From contig JAUCBJ010001997.1 of the NCBI GenBank assembly GCA_032718475.1, positions 1-38,696 of the forward strand: 38,696 nucleotides of DNA, given 5' to 3'. This document shows, one piece after another, positions 22,689 through 34,705 of the stretch (its first letter is position 1; every line of letters begins with the position of its first letter). Under the pieces are notes generated by a model. The model was not told the origin of the DNA and ran no database searches. It worked only from the letters and a program-made list of their open reading frames with translations. The stretch comes from Nemertoderma westbladi. Taxonomy: Eukaryota > Animalia > Xenacoelomorpha. The position numbers and the translations under genes were made by a program.

Positions 22689-22832
22689 GTCAATTAAATA
22701 TGATTCAATTTGTAATAATACACACCCTAATTAAATAAAAATTATAATAAATCTCTACAGAATTAAATTAAACATGTCGTAACATTTCGCCACGTAGTTC
22801 AATCCAATTTATTGCGAAAATGTTCGCCATGT

Positions 22833-22841
22833 AGGGGGGAC
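22833..22841 (+). other. Polypurine tract
   Basis: AGGGGGGAC abutting the TG of the 3' LTR. Confidence 0.85.
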
Positions 22842-23354
22842 TGTCATCGGCGAAATGCCATTTTCAATAAATATATTTACTCGACATACTGTACAGTATG
22901 TCTCAGAATAGAGTAACCAATCAGCATTCAGATTCAGACCGTATATATAAAGCTCAACCATCAGACTTTCCGATTCATTCTGTATTCTATTTCAATCATA
23001 ACATTTTTCCCACAAATTTGGTTATTACTTTTTCTGCCTTTTCCGCTTTCCTACTTCAGTACTCCTTCATTCAGAATTTAGCCCTTTCTTTTACATTCAG
23101 ACATTGCAGCCTTAATAGATCTTTACTTTAGATACCGGTAATTAATTAGTACATTTCCAATAAAATGCAAGATGACACCACCACTGTCTTTAACCTTTTC
23201 CATCAGTCCATGCAGACAGAATTAGCGATCAACCAAATAGAACATAGTTTAGCGGTGTAGACTATTGTTCTCAATAGAATTAGAATACAGATACAGTATT
23301 TCACATATTTCAGTTTATCATCAGATTACTCAGTTCAGTAGTTCGCCGCGAACA
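22842..23354 (+). repeat. 3' LTR
   Basis: TGTCATCGGCGAA...TTCGCCGCGAACA, an imperfect 13-bp terminal inverted repeat (10 of 13), followed by TATAT. Confidence 0.95.
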
Positions 23355-23659
23355 TATATTAATGAATATTTTTGAATATTTATATAAATATGGATTTAAA
23401 TAACAACTGGTATTTAAAAGTAAAAAAAAAACGGAAACACATTGTGGGATGTAAACTGACATGAAAATATATTTTGAGTAAGTACTGCCACATACTTACA
23501 CAAGATTTGAAACATGGATCGAACAGGGTTGAAAATGCATATGTCTCTGTACGTTCTATATTGACAAAATTATCCCGCCTAAATAATATAGAGTTTAACT
23601 AGGAAAATTGAATTTAAAACAAAAATATGATAAAATGCCCAGCAGGGTTTTCTGGTTGA

Positions 23660-23884
23660 CTTGTTATTACTATATGGCTATTCAAAATAATATGGCACCA
23701 GTACAATTGCCACTGGCAAACGGGAGATCCAGCCTGCAGTTGTCGGCGTATAACATAACCAACGTCTTTCAATGAAGAAGGGAAGTAAACTTTGTCATCG
23801 TTGACCACCCACTGCAAAACTAACGTTGAAGTAGTCTGTGTCGCATTTGTCGTCAGGAGGGAATACTACTACGCAATACGCCAT
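23660..23884 (-). pseudogene. Frameshifted N-terminal fragment resembling the accessory ORF (DUF4806-type protein) of animal EnSpm/CMC transposons
   Basis: MAYCVVVFPPDDKCDTDYFNV [frameshift] LQWVVNDDKVYFPSS...P..QWQLYWCHII fits the recalled pattern M.Y.VV.F....V...W.....YWP.....P...W..Y...I. Recognised from memory only. Confidence 0.45.
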
Positions 23885-24269
23885 TATGTTATAAGCCAAT
23901 GAATAATAATACTAATCACCAAGAAATGGATATTTATCATAATAATGATAATAACACTGGTTTGAAGATTAAGATCTGAGGTACTAATTTACAAGAGGAC
24001 ATACTGTTAGCTTACTGACTCCTAGAATAGAAAAGACTTTCGCATTTGAAAATTCCTAATGCTTCAGTGAAGATAGTTGACATCCACTTACTTACATCTT
24101 TCCTTGGATGGCCCATAGTTACAGAAGTATAAAACTATAAATAATATACCAATACAGTACAGTAGTACCAGTACATTCTTTGAACTAGTATAGGCAGGCA
24201 TACACTCCATTTGTAACCAAATTTCCCACCAATAGTTTTGACATCATTAGCAAAACAAAATGAATGCAG

Positions 24270-24677
24270 CCCACCTCCAGCTCATAGGGGTTGGTAAATA
24301 GATACAATTTTTAATGTTAATGCCGCCCACCTCGAGCTCGTAGGGATGGGCATTGAACTTTATATTATATTGTCTCTAATATTCGGCCGGGAATCTCTCG
24401 AATATTAAAAATCTACATTGGCACTGTCAGTGGTATAGTTTGGGCATGGTTGGCAAGACAATTTCCATCTCAATTTATTGGTATCAACTGCAACTGTAAA
24501 TTTTCAGGCATGTTTATCCATCAGATGAGCCCCATAATATTCTGAACACTTCCACCCATCTCTATGTTGTAAAAGTGTGTGGAAGTGTTTTCTGTTCAAC
24601 TTAACACACAGCTCATAGGGGTGGGCAGTAAATCCTCCTAATAATTACTGCACCCACCCCCAGCTCCTAGGGGTGGG
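24270..24677. repeat. Four dispersed copies of a 25-bp hairpin motif, CCCACCYCCAGCTCNTAGGGGTGGG
   Basis: Copies at 24270-24294, 24326-24350, 24609-24625 (partial) and 24653-24677. Confidence 0.85.
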
Positions 24678-25199
24678 TGTGCCCTGATATTGACAAAATT
24701 ACACATCACTACGAGATAGGGGTATTGGTATCAATGGTACGCCATAGAGAGCTGATTCGTAGTAAGTATTAATCAGATTTAATTCTTATTCTGAGGTTAC
24801 AATACATGAACAGGAATGAGTTGGAAGGCACCTGTAGAGTAAGTAAGATGACACTTACTAACTACAAGAGGAGGGCATTCCTTGAAAATGACTGATATAT
24901 TTGGATCAATAGCAGGCCTTTCCGAACCAAATAACCACAGTACTAGCTGAGGATTTTCTTGTAATTTCTGTGTTCTTTAATAGACCCACTGTTTATTTCC
25001 TCCAAAATATTGCCCATCCAAAATATAACGTCATCTTGACGTTCATAGCCATTACTGCCTATATCGGGGCGATTCTGAAACAAAGCAGTGTCCCAGATCT
25101 TATTCCAGTTTTATTTCAGTTTTATTACAGAGGAACTTGAATATGATATGTTGGGGTAAATTTCTGCATTTAGTGCTACCATTAAAAGCTGTTTGGAGA

Positions 25200-26186
25200 G
25201 AATCAATAGCACTTTTATTCGCCAATAATATGTAAAGATTTCAAATAAATATAAGCAAATCTCTGTTGCGAGTCCATATCAGCACTTTGGTATCAAATGC
25301 AATGTATCTTTCAATTATCAGATGAATTACCCCAACTAACTGTTTACCATGAACTAAAGCAAATGCCAGCACCTTACAAAGATTTGAAAAATAACCTAAG
25401 GCAACTTTAGAAAGATCACAAGCAGAAGATATTATTAAATATGAATTTATAACTTTAACTAAGGATGAACTCAAAAAAATATCTGAATGGCTGGCCGACA
25501 AGCTGGCCTGACAGTACTCAATTTTAAAAAAAAAACCAAAAAACTTAAAAAAAACCAAGTACTCAATTTTTACAAACAAAAATTATTTCCTAGATGGCCT
25601 ACCCAAAGTTAAAATTAAAGACAATATTATAAACAAAGTTGAGTGTACAAAGTTTTTAGGTGTCTGGATAGATGATAAGCTTAACTGGAAAATACACATT
25701 GGGCATATTTTAAAGAAAATTAGTAAAAGCACTGGGATCTTTTATAAATTACTACATATTTTTCCAACAGACATACTTCGTACACTTTACTTCACACTGA
25801 TCCATCCATACTTAACATATGGTATTTTGGCTTGGGGTTCGGCATGTAAGAGCGTTTTAACTTCACACTGATCCATCCATACTTAACATATGGTATTTTG
25901 GCTTGGGGTTCGGCATGTAAGAGCGATTTAATGAAAATTAAAAGCAAAAATAATAAAATAATCCGTGCTATCACTTTTAGCCATTTCCGCCAAACAGCTT
26001 ATCCCCTATATAAAACAATGAATATACTACCTTTGGAGTCACTATTCTATCATGTTTCCCAACTAATGCTAGACATATCACATAACCCCTCACACCCTTT
26101 TTGCCACAGCTACAGCCTTACGAGCTGGCCCTCCTATGCCCATAATACCCTTAATTTACATGTACAATATAACCTGAAAACCAAAA
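25200..26186 (+). mobile_element. CR1/L2-like LINE fragment, RT C-terminal region, decayed
   Basis: LLFANN (degenerate LFADD) near 25210, ELKKISEWL near 25470, and KFLGVWIDDKLNWKIHI...KISKSTGI...LYFTLIHPYLTYGILAWG. A 66-bp internal duplication (25789-25854, 25860-25925) shifts the frame. Confidence 0.85.
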
Positions 26187-26767
26187 CAGGGACTGGGATC
26201 GAATCGAACGAATTTCACTGGTTCGAAATCGAATCAAAAGTTTTTTTCCAGAAATCGAATCGAATCGAAAAATAACGAAATCGAATCGAAAGAAAATACC
26301 TATTCGATTCGACTTTTTAAATTAAACATAATCACAGCCTAGTTTGATTTTGATTGAATAAATTATGTGCTTTAATATAAATAGTGTGATTTAAAATATT
26401 GGGGTCAGCACTGCCCATTTGGACATTACTAAATTCCATGCTACTTTATTATTTTTCACTCAATAGTCCCCAGGTTATATGTGTCACATTATCACCATAG
26501 CTGATTGCACTTATTAGTTGACTGTTATTGTTCCTGTGCTATTTGTGAAATATTTGTCAATAAATTTATATATATATATTTAAATTTAATGACAAATAAT
26601 TAAGAATATTCAAAGGTCGAATAATCGAATCGGAATCGAAATTTTTTACCTGAGTCGAATCGAAATCGAATCGAAAATGTGCAGAATCAAATCGAAATCG
26701 AATCGAAAAATATATGGGAAATCGAAGACGAAAAATTCCTTTCGATTCGATTCGATGCCAGTCCCTG
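26187..26767. mobile_element. hAT-type MITE with 8-bp TSD
   Basis: TIRs CAGGGACTGG(G/C)ATCGAATCGAA. TSD AACCAAAA at 26179-26186 and 26768-26775. Dense subterminal AATCG arrays at both ends. Confidence 0.95.
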
Positions 26768-26814
26768 AACCAAAATAGGTATGGGAGACAATACATATTT
26801 GAGTATAATAATAA

Positions 26815-27470
26815 TCTGTCTACAGTATAACCAGTTTGAACCAGAATGTCCTCATTCTCCATAACCAGCGCTACTATGGCTTGCATGGTGACATCGTGGC
26901 CAATCGACCGGTAGATGTCAATGACATCTAATGTCACAAAGGTTAAGGAGGTGGAAGTAGTTTGGGTATTAGAATCTTTCACAAAATATGGCATTATTTC
27001 CAGTGGTGCTTGTATGATCGAGTTCAATAGCTTGACTGGTCTTTCAGAGAAAGTGCCTATGGTGGAAATGACTTATCTTGCTTTCGGAAGGAACAAACCG
27101 TTGCCTCATTCTATCCATTGGTCCTTCAATAGAGGGAATGGGTAACCCATTGACAGGTGTTTCAGAACTAGGTAGCGTTCGAGATCAGGGTCATCAAGGG
27201 CTAACTCTTTCATCATCTTATTTACTTCCCCTCGAAATTTCGAAGTGGGGTCGTGACCTACTTTCTTATATGTGTATTCGTCCTATGGGTTCCATAGAAT
27301 CTCCGCTGTCCACAATGATAATATTGCCTGTTTTGTCTCCACATACAAAGGCTATTTTATCCTTCCTTCTGACAACGACTTCAACTGTCCCTATAATGAA
27401 ATTGCAAATATTATCAATGTTCTTATTTTCAATATCATTTAATTAAGAATACTTCTTACATCCAATTATA
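26815..27470 (-). mobile_element. Penelope-like element RT remnant
   Basis: Minus-strand DKTGNIIIVD near 27320, ISTIGTFSE...LLNSII....PYFVKDS, and FVTLDVIDIYRSI, resembling Penelope RT ADKG...V.D and LVSFDVxSLYTNIP. Multiple stops and frameshifts. Confidence 0.75.
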
Positions 27471-27674
27471 TTTGATGAATCATAATTAAATTCCATATAA
27501 TAGCAGGAACGATATATTTTTGAATGAAATTGCAAGATTATAATAATAATTTCAGTCGAAATTCCATTTGTGCAGTGTGTTTCCAATAAACACTAAAATT
27601 TATTTATCATAATTAATTAATATCAGTCGTATTTCCATCACAGTGTAGTTTGTTTCTAATAAGAAGTATATCTC

Positions 27675-27734
27675 CATCAAGTATCAACTATGTATGATAA
27701 ATAACATCAAGTATCAACTATGTATGATAAATAA
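27675..27734. repeat. Perfect 30-bp tandem duplication
   Basis: CATCAAGTATCAACTATGTATGATAAATAA twice. Confidence 0.95.
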
Positions 27735-27944
27735 CAAGTCATTTATTTAATTGCACTATTTATATATTTACATTTTGTATACTAATGGGTCAATGGGTGT
27801 GTTCTTATAAGCGTTCTTCTTATCATACATGTCAATATCGTAAACATGTCCAGTCCATGTACAATTATATATATAAATATATTTTTTTTTGGTGCTGGGC
27901 TCTACTAACTTTATTTAACTGACTTAATTATATAGAGTAATATT

Positions 27945-30560
27945 ACAAGTGAGTGGTGGTGGTACTATAACTTCTAGAGACAGGTTAATTGGACATGTTA
28001 GGCCCTGCAGGATCTAAACAGTCCCGTAGTAATACTATTACGGAGTATTTATTACTGTATTACAGTATTATGGCGGCGGCGGATTTACAGCTTCCGCAGC
28101 CAACGTCAATGGATGAAGGTCCAACGGGCACAACTACAATGATTGATAGAAGCAATGTTACCATTGTAGACTGCTGTTTGTCCTTACTGATGCAGGGTTT
28201 GTCGTCGAATCTGTCAGGAACCGTGCAAGAATCTTGCCTCATGCGATTTACTCCAGGCGAAGTTGTTTGCGCTAAGGATAAACTGTTTAAATTATGTGGG
28301 TTCGATCCAATTGAAAGACGTGACTCAGCTACACGTACTGCAGTGAAGGCGAACATTATAGACATCCACGAGAAGATGCTTTTTATGGATTCTAGCGGAA
28401 GTTTACCAATTATAGCGGTCGGGGCTTTGGAGGCGCTTTCACTTCCCAATTTATCGGAATCTCCTACCGGTAGTTCTCTGAGAGACACAGAAGCCTGTGT
28501 TAAGTTAGGTTTAATGGAGGACAAGTTCGACAAGGGTTTGCGAACATTGGGAGAAGATTTGGTAAGAGATTTAGTTCCCTCGAATCGATGGTGCACAGTC
28601 TGTGCTCCCTGGGTTCCGGTAACGGTAAAGCTACAGAAGGTGGAACACATCTATCACGACCAGGTCTCTCGTATCGAGAGGCGCTATCTGCAAAGGGAGT
28701 ACATACTCGCTCCAGGAGTCCTGTTTATCATGAATCGCCAGGCGCTCAGAGTGTTCGACCAAAGACGGTAGCTCATCGGTCGTATTCACCTGCACCAGAA
28801 CTTCGAAGGCCAGCTACACCATCAGCAACCTTGCGTTCCAATCCGTATCACGCGTTATCTGTCACGTCACAGGCAGGCAGTGCTAAGCAACCGAGACCGG
28901 CATCCACCTCCGGCGAAGACGGGGCGGTGGTCCGCCTGCCAGCCATCCTGATGTGCTGGAGATTCCGGTGGATGAGGGGGGGCCATTCCAGTTCCAGCGT
29001 AAACAACGGCGATGACATATCGTCGGTACCAGTGGCAGTGCAGGAACCGGGGCGTCTGGGGTTTCTGCTCGTAAAACAAAAGCTGCTCTGGCTAACATCT
29101 TCGTCTTCCGAGTTCACAAGTCGGTAACTACCGCTGATCTAGTTTCCGATCTCGCTGAATCAGGTATCACAATCCAGGTCTCAGACATTGAAATAAAGTC
29201 CCATAGCGATACCAGATCGAATAGTTATAAGATATCAGTTCCGCAGTCTGCTTATCAGAAGGCACTCTCCCCTGAAACGTGGGGAGCGGGGATTTGTGTT
29301 CGACCTTGGCGTTATTATAGTAATAACTCGCAGGGGCGCATTGATAATAATACATGATCAGGGGTCGTGATGTCATTTAATAATCTTTTTGTTATTTTAA
29401 TTTTAGCATTAGCGTGTATATATTCTAAACTCAATATTATACTAAAATGGCTACCTCAAATCCTACTGTTGTTAACAATAGTTTTTGTATTTCATCTTAC
29501 AATAGCACTGGTTTGTCGCCGGATAAACGGGAATTTATAAATATGTTATTATTAGGGAGTGACATAGTCTGTTTGCAAGAACACTTTGTGCTAAGAGAAC
29601 TTTGTGCTAAGAAGTGTTATATAATAAAATCAGCTTTTAGCGACTATCAGTGCATAATACAGCCTGCAACTTATCACGTGAATGAAATCCGTGCAGGCAG
29701 GCCATCAGGTGGATTATGTTATATTTTTTCGAAATAAATTATCTAAATACATATCTAGAATAAATGTGAAGAATACGCGTTTACAAGCAATACGTTTACA
29801 TTTACCAAATGATAAACCATTGGTTAATATCAATTCTCATTTTCCGGTTGACTCGCGTGATAATAATATCAGCGACGATTTACTTACGACAATAAACGAT
29901 ATTAAAGATATTATTTTATCCGTTAATCAGTGTAATATTCTGCTCACAGGGGATTTTAATGCTGACTTCTGCTGCACTACGATGCACCGTAGTTTAAATA
30001 ATCAAATGCTACAAGAATTTCAATTCGATCGCCTTTGGGATTCTTACCCAGTTGATTATACATATACATGTTTTAGAGAGAATAATATTTTACATCGTAG
30101 TAATGGAAGTAGGGGATCCCCCTTTAATCATCCTATTATCCCCGGGTGGTCTGAACGGGTGAAACCGTTCAGAGATGATGCTATGTTTTGGCATTCCTTG
30201 TGGGTCTCGGCGGGTTGCCCTAATGTATCACAAAATAGCCACTTATATCATATGCGAAGGGTCTCTTGCGCTCAGTATAAATATGCTGTTCGCCGGGTGA
30301 AACGTTCAGCTGATAATGTGCGAAGGGATAAATTAATTGAGGCCTGCTGCTTGTTGAATAATACTGACATCTTTAAGGAAATAAGGAATCTCCGCTTCTC
30401 ATCGAATAATGTTAGTTCATCGATCGATGGTTGTACAGACCCTCAGTCTATCGCCGATCGATTTGCGGGAATCTATTCATCTTTGTATAATCAGCCATAC
30501 AATTCAGATTTAGAAGCATTGAAGGCACTAATTGATGCCAAGTTGAAATTGTACTCTGGA
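27945..30560 (+). mobile_element. Two-ORF LINE, 5' half (Proto2/RTEX-like): frameshifted ORF1 at 28070-29357 and ORF2 APE from 29447, truncated before RT
   Basis: ORF1 N-terminus F...EV..AK..L...RR...DI...D...LP and C-terminus IFVFRV...S...SYKI.V...W..GICVRPW. ORF2 SYN..GL, DIVCLQEH, GRPSGG, TGDFNAD and PGW...VKP.R....FWH..W...G.P. Clade is from recalled motifs; the 5' boundary is approximate. Confidence 0.8.
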
Positions 30561-30692
30561 CGATGTTCCTCGGGTTTCTCTGGATTTAGTTCCTGAGGGT
30601 CTCCACAGACTAAAAAGTTCCAAAACAGATGTGACTTTTGGCTTTGATTCTGACTGTCTAATCCATGGTCCTCCTGAACTTTGTTTTCATCT

Positions 30693-31322
30693 CTACTAGG
30701 ATCGGCATGCTGCATTGCAGCTGCATTTTTAAGAATGCTGTGCCGGCTTGTCAACAAAATTGCACCGCCACAACTCCCTATCACCCATGACATTTGCTAG
30801 ATCATCCGCATCTTTAAGGCCAGTGTCCTTTAAGATGCGTCTCAAGAAAGTCATGGGCTGTCCACCATGCTTATTCACTCCATGAGGCTGCCAAAGTACA
30901 AGATTATGCACTGGCTGGTCCTCACGGCGAAAGCAATGTCCTGCAAAGCGGAGGCGATTTTGTTCTAGTGTCAAGCTTGGGGGAACCAATGAGACACCTC
31001 CAATGTTATATAGTGTCTGGTTGGAGATGTGTGCATTGTACTTGACACAATGAACCCGGCGTAGCATTCTTGTGAATGTGCCATCCAGAGATTTGGTGTC
31101 CTCAGCAGTTGGAGCCCAGCATGGACTCCCGTAGAGGAGTACTGGAACTACTGCTGCTCTAAATAATCGGACCTTAAGTTTCCGATTAATTCTCGGTGAC
31201 TTCCAAATCCTGGAAAGCCTATTCAAGGCTGCCCATGCCTTTCCCTTACGTATACGAAGGTCTTTTCCTGACTTCCGGATCCATGATCCCAGGTAACAGA
31301 AGTCGTCCACATGCTCAAGCAT
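30693..31322 (-). mobile_element. 5'-truncated RTE LINE, same family as 1-1030
   Basis: Open 197-aa frame VDDFCYLGSWI... nearly identical to ORF 410-1018. Same 3' end ...GCATGCCGATCCTAGTAG. Confidence 0.92.
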
Positions 31323-31801
31323 ACCCTTAAAGAAATTATCAGACGACTAATATAACTGTAAATAGTTTGGCTTAGAATTTGCATATCATGTAAGGGGGAC
31401 CTTACGCTTACATGTATGCAGTAGCGTGTGGGCGTAGTTGTTGGTGCAGGCGTAGGTGTGAAATCTTATGTCGGATATTCTTATTTAATTACGATAAATG
31501 TACGATTTCTAAAGTTCTATTGGTTATTAAAGTTTTCAGCATTGGGCGTCCTACTAACAGCCTCATCTAATATAAAAACATTAATTGGACATTCTTAAAA
31601 AAATTTTATCATAAGTGAATTATCATGAAGTAGGCCTACTTTTTACAAATACGAAAAATTATGTGGTACTCAACTCAACTCACAAAGTATTACTGAACCT
31701 TTATTCCATTTGTCTATACATACAGTTGATTTAGGAAACATTACATATCAATGCTAAAATAGCAATGCTGTTTAAATAATATTCATAAACTAATTACTAA
31801 C

Positions 31802-32026
31802 GTTCAAGTACTCTCCTTCCACGAACAACATTGTAAATGCGTTCGACATGAAGGGCTCCTGTCGCAGAGGTACTCCCTTCTCATTGACAGCCTCTGGGAT
31901 GTCAATGTCTGTCGATAGTACCCACCTCCTTTCCTTGGAGTAGGTTGCGGAATAACAGGGACACGTATGGAACAAACCATACGTGCCCTGGCACATCACC
32001 CCACTGCAAACTGAGGTTAGGCGAAT
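31802..32026 (-). CDS. Unknown spliced gene, coding exon 3 (Cys cluster CSGVMCQG...CPCY)
   Basis: Acceptor TTTTAATTGTAG, donor GTTAGT, 225 bp, phase 0 to 0, no stops. Confidence 0.75.
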
Positions 32027-32150
32027 CTACAATTAAAATTAGTAACAATACAGATAATACTAGACTAAGTGTAGGTCCCTCATGAGGCCATCATATAATA
32101 CACACTGTAATATATAAATGTCAATATAAACAATGTAATATATATAATAA

Positions 32151-32410
32151 TGCGGTTTGGTCTAGTGGTGACATTCCTAGGCTTCCAATTACGGAGCCCT
32201 GGTTCGATCCCTAGATGGGGCAGCACTGTTTGGGAACAGTGCTTTAAGTGCTGCAGCCTAGCCCAACCCCGGCTTTCATCCTTCAGTGGTCGATAAATGG
32301 GAACCAAGGCAACTTTGGAAACAGAGAAGAATAATTTACTATGTAAGATCACCCATGGTGGTGAACAGGCATTCCTTGGCTTAATGAGCCTAAAAGATTC
32401 TCCCATTAAA
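32151..32410 (+). mobile_element. tRNA-derived SINE with conserved central domain (MetaSINE/Sauria-SINE-like), antisense within an intron
   Basis: A-box TGGTCTAGTGG and B-box GGTTCGATCC (32201-32210). Central GCTTTCATCCTTCAGTGGTCGATAAATGGGAACC (32272-32305) resembles the recalled GCCTTCCATCCTTCCGAGGTCGATAAAATGAGTACC domain. Confidence 0.8.
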
Positions 32411-32914
32411 TATATTCAATATCAATAATAAGAACAAATACATCATACAATGGTATTGATAATAATAAAATCACTGCAGAGGGACAGCGGGAAATTCAAA
32501 TTCACATTAAAAATGTTATTCTGTATTAAATAACAATGAGAAACTGGTTCTGCATGTAAAAAATCGTAATATGGTAATATGCCTACTAGTAATATAGTAT
32601 AGTGACTCATAATGCAATATTATGATAATGTACTGTAGATAAATAATAAGTTAATTACAAAAAATATCATTCAATTCTCGATATTTTAATTGAAGAAATA
32701 AGTATTTATTTTAGTCCTATATTATTACTCCCGAATATATATAATGTAGTTTTAATAATAGGAAATTGAAGACAATCATTTAATTTTCCAAAAGCTTTTC
32801 TTGAACGCACGGGGACTATTGGATTCTGGAAAGGGAAGGATTGAAGGATCATTATTTATTAAAATTATACATGTCATGTTTTACAAAATAATTTTGATAG
32901 GGCATGACCGACCG

Positions 32915-33118
32915 ACTAACTGGATTAATATCCCGCATCAATGTTAACTTCTTAATGTAGGGAAAGGGGCAGGTTACTGTGGCACATTATTTTAACCAAA
33001 ACAATAAACTAAACACAATAGAACAGGTAACAGTTTTATTTTTGAGAGTAATCAGCTATTATTTGCGTCCAATTTCCCGCGGAGAGGGATGAATTTTTAT
33101 TGCGTCCAGTTTTCCCTC
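32915..33118. mobile_element. Partial copy of a short TIR element (GAG...CTC ends, possibly Sola-like)
   Basis: 32920-33016 aligns with 38600-38696. TTGCGTCCAGTTTTCCCTC (ending at 33118) is a near reverse complement of GAGGGGAATCTGGACGCAA at 38569. Confidence 0.6.
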
Positions 33119-33204
33119 CTTTATCTTAATACATATGGTAAAATAACGATTATATACCGAATGTAATACTATAATTAACTAAACTACTTCGTTGTTAAAC
33201 TTAC

Positions 33205-33484
33205 CCCTTGTAGTTGTAACTCCGCGATATTTAAGTTAAATCCTGACACTTCTTCAGAATGAAGATCTATCACCTTTGGCGGACATACCGCCGTTGGTTC
33301 TAACAAAATGGTACTAGGGAAATTAGCTTCCACCAAGGGGATGACCCCCTGAGATTTGTTTCCGCGGTAGGCTGGCTCCAAGATCTCAACTATCTTCCCG
33401 ATGCCCACATCGCGGGTGAAAAAACGGTTACTCTCCGCATTCCCATGATTAATGACAGCGAATGTTTGCGCTGTCGACAAATCC
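33205..33484 (-). CDS. Unknown spliced gene, coding exon 2
   Basis: Acceptor ATTTTAG, donor GTAAGT, 280 bp, phase 2 to 0, no stops. Confidence 0.8.
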
Positions 33485-33800
33485 CTAAAATCATATAAAT
33501 TAATTGAAGTGAAAGTTCAACATTAAAGACATAATAACGGAAATCACTCAATGCGCTATATAATATAAAATACAATTTTGTTCATAAACGAAAACATATA
33601 AAATATTTTGTCACCAAAACATACTGAACTCAAACAAATGGAAAAAAAAGCATAGGCCTACTTTTAATTAAAAAAATTTACCGATAAAAGCATTTTGAAA
33701 TCCGACTCAAGCATAATTTCCTAAACCTGTCTGTTGGACGTCCTGTTAGTTTACATACATTTGAATCAATAACAATTATTATATGGAATGAAATACTTAC

Positions 33801-33991
33801 ATTAAATATATCATCGTGTTGTATCCCAACTTTGCCTTTTTCGAATATCCTCCCTCCTTGGTTGTTTTCGGGGTAAACCTCTTCGCCGGAGTTACAATAT
33901 GCAGGATTCTTGCCTCGAGGAACCTTCCCTCCATCAATGTCCTCCGCTGGGTTAGAGTGCGGAGATCGACGATCTGCCTATGAGCAGCCAT
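33801..33991 (-). CDS. Unknown spliced gene, coding exon 1
   Basis: Acceptor TTTCAG at 33995, then AGA ATG. Ends AT|GTAAGT (phase 2), and the G starting exon 2 completes ATG. Confidence 0.78.
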
Positions 33992-34705
33992 TCTCTGAAA
34001 CGTACAATATTAAAAACATTATCAAAGTTTTATCATACGATTACTGTTGTCACGTAACTTGTGTTTTGGCATGGTCACTGTTCAGCTCTGATTCTTTATT
34101 ATGCTACATCAAAATTATCTAAAGTTCTAAAAATTTTGTCTACTAAACACACATACAAAAATTCAAAAAAAATTACCAAACCATTGCTGAGATATAAGCG
34201 TCCAAAGATTAGACCGACCAACAAACAACATGATAATTTGTGACATTTGACATTTGAGATTTTACCCTTATGCTAAGCTCGCTAACTTCGTGGCTCGCCC
34301 CACATACTGCATTGCATACTTATTTGTCTTACTGTAGGTTCACCTAAAAAAATAATTTACAAACTTGAAACGCGTAGTGATATTATATTTACATATTTTC
34401 TAATGCCATTTAATATTCTATAACAAATAATTTATATTATACTACCTGTAATATAATAAATATAGAATATAAATATACATATAGAATGTACATATCTATA
34501 AATATATAATACTGACTAATATAAACATTACAAGAAAAGGTTTCACATTTCCTACTGTAAGTCCATTAATATTTAAAGATTGTTTTATTGGCATACATTG
34601 ATACCTAATTTAAGTGTAGTAGTGCGAATAACATACTTATTCGATTAACAGACCAGGATCCTACATAATACTCAATGCAAAAATAGACATCACATTTTTT
34701 TTTCA

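Larger units (their letters stand above)
17977..23354 (+). mobile_element. Complete non-autonomous LTR retrotransposon (no protease, RT, RNase H or integrase recognisable)
   Basis: Two direct repeats of about 512 bp with TG...CA ends. 5-bp TSD TATAT (17972-17976 and 23355-23359). PPT AGGGGGGA directly before the 3' LTR. Confidence 0.93.

Noticed and set aside
22722-22730. ACACCCTA as the missing right TIR of the second hAT element
   Set aside because: Only an 8-bp match, located inside the LTR element, with no TSD.
31400-31720. Fourth exon of the unknown gene (acceptor TATTAG near 31567)
   Set aside because: Gives only 25 codons in phase 0 with no independent support; left uncalled.
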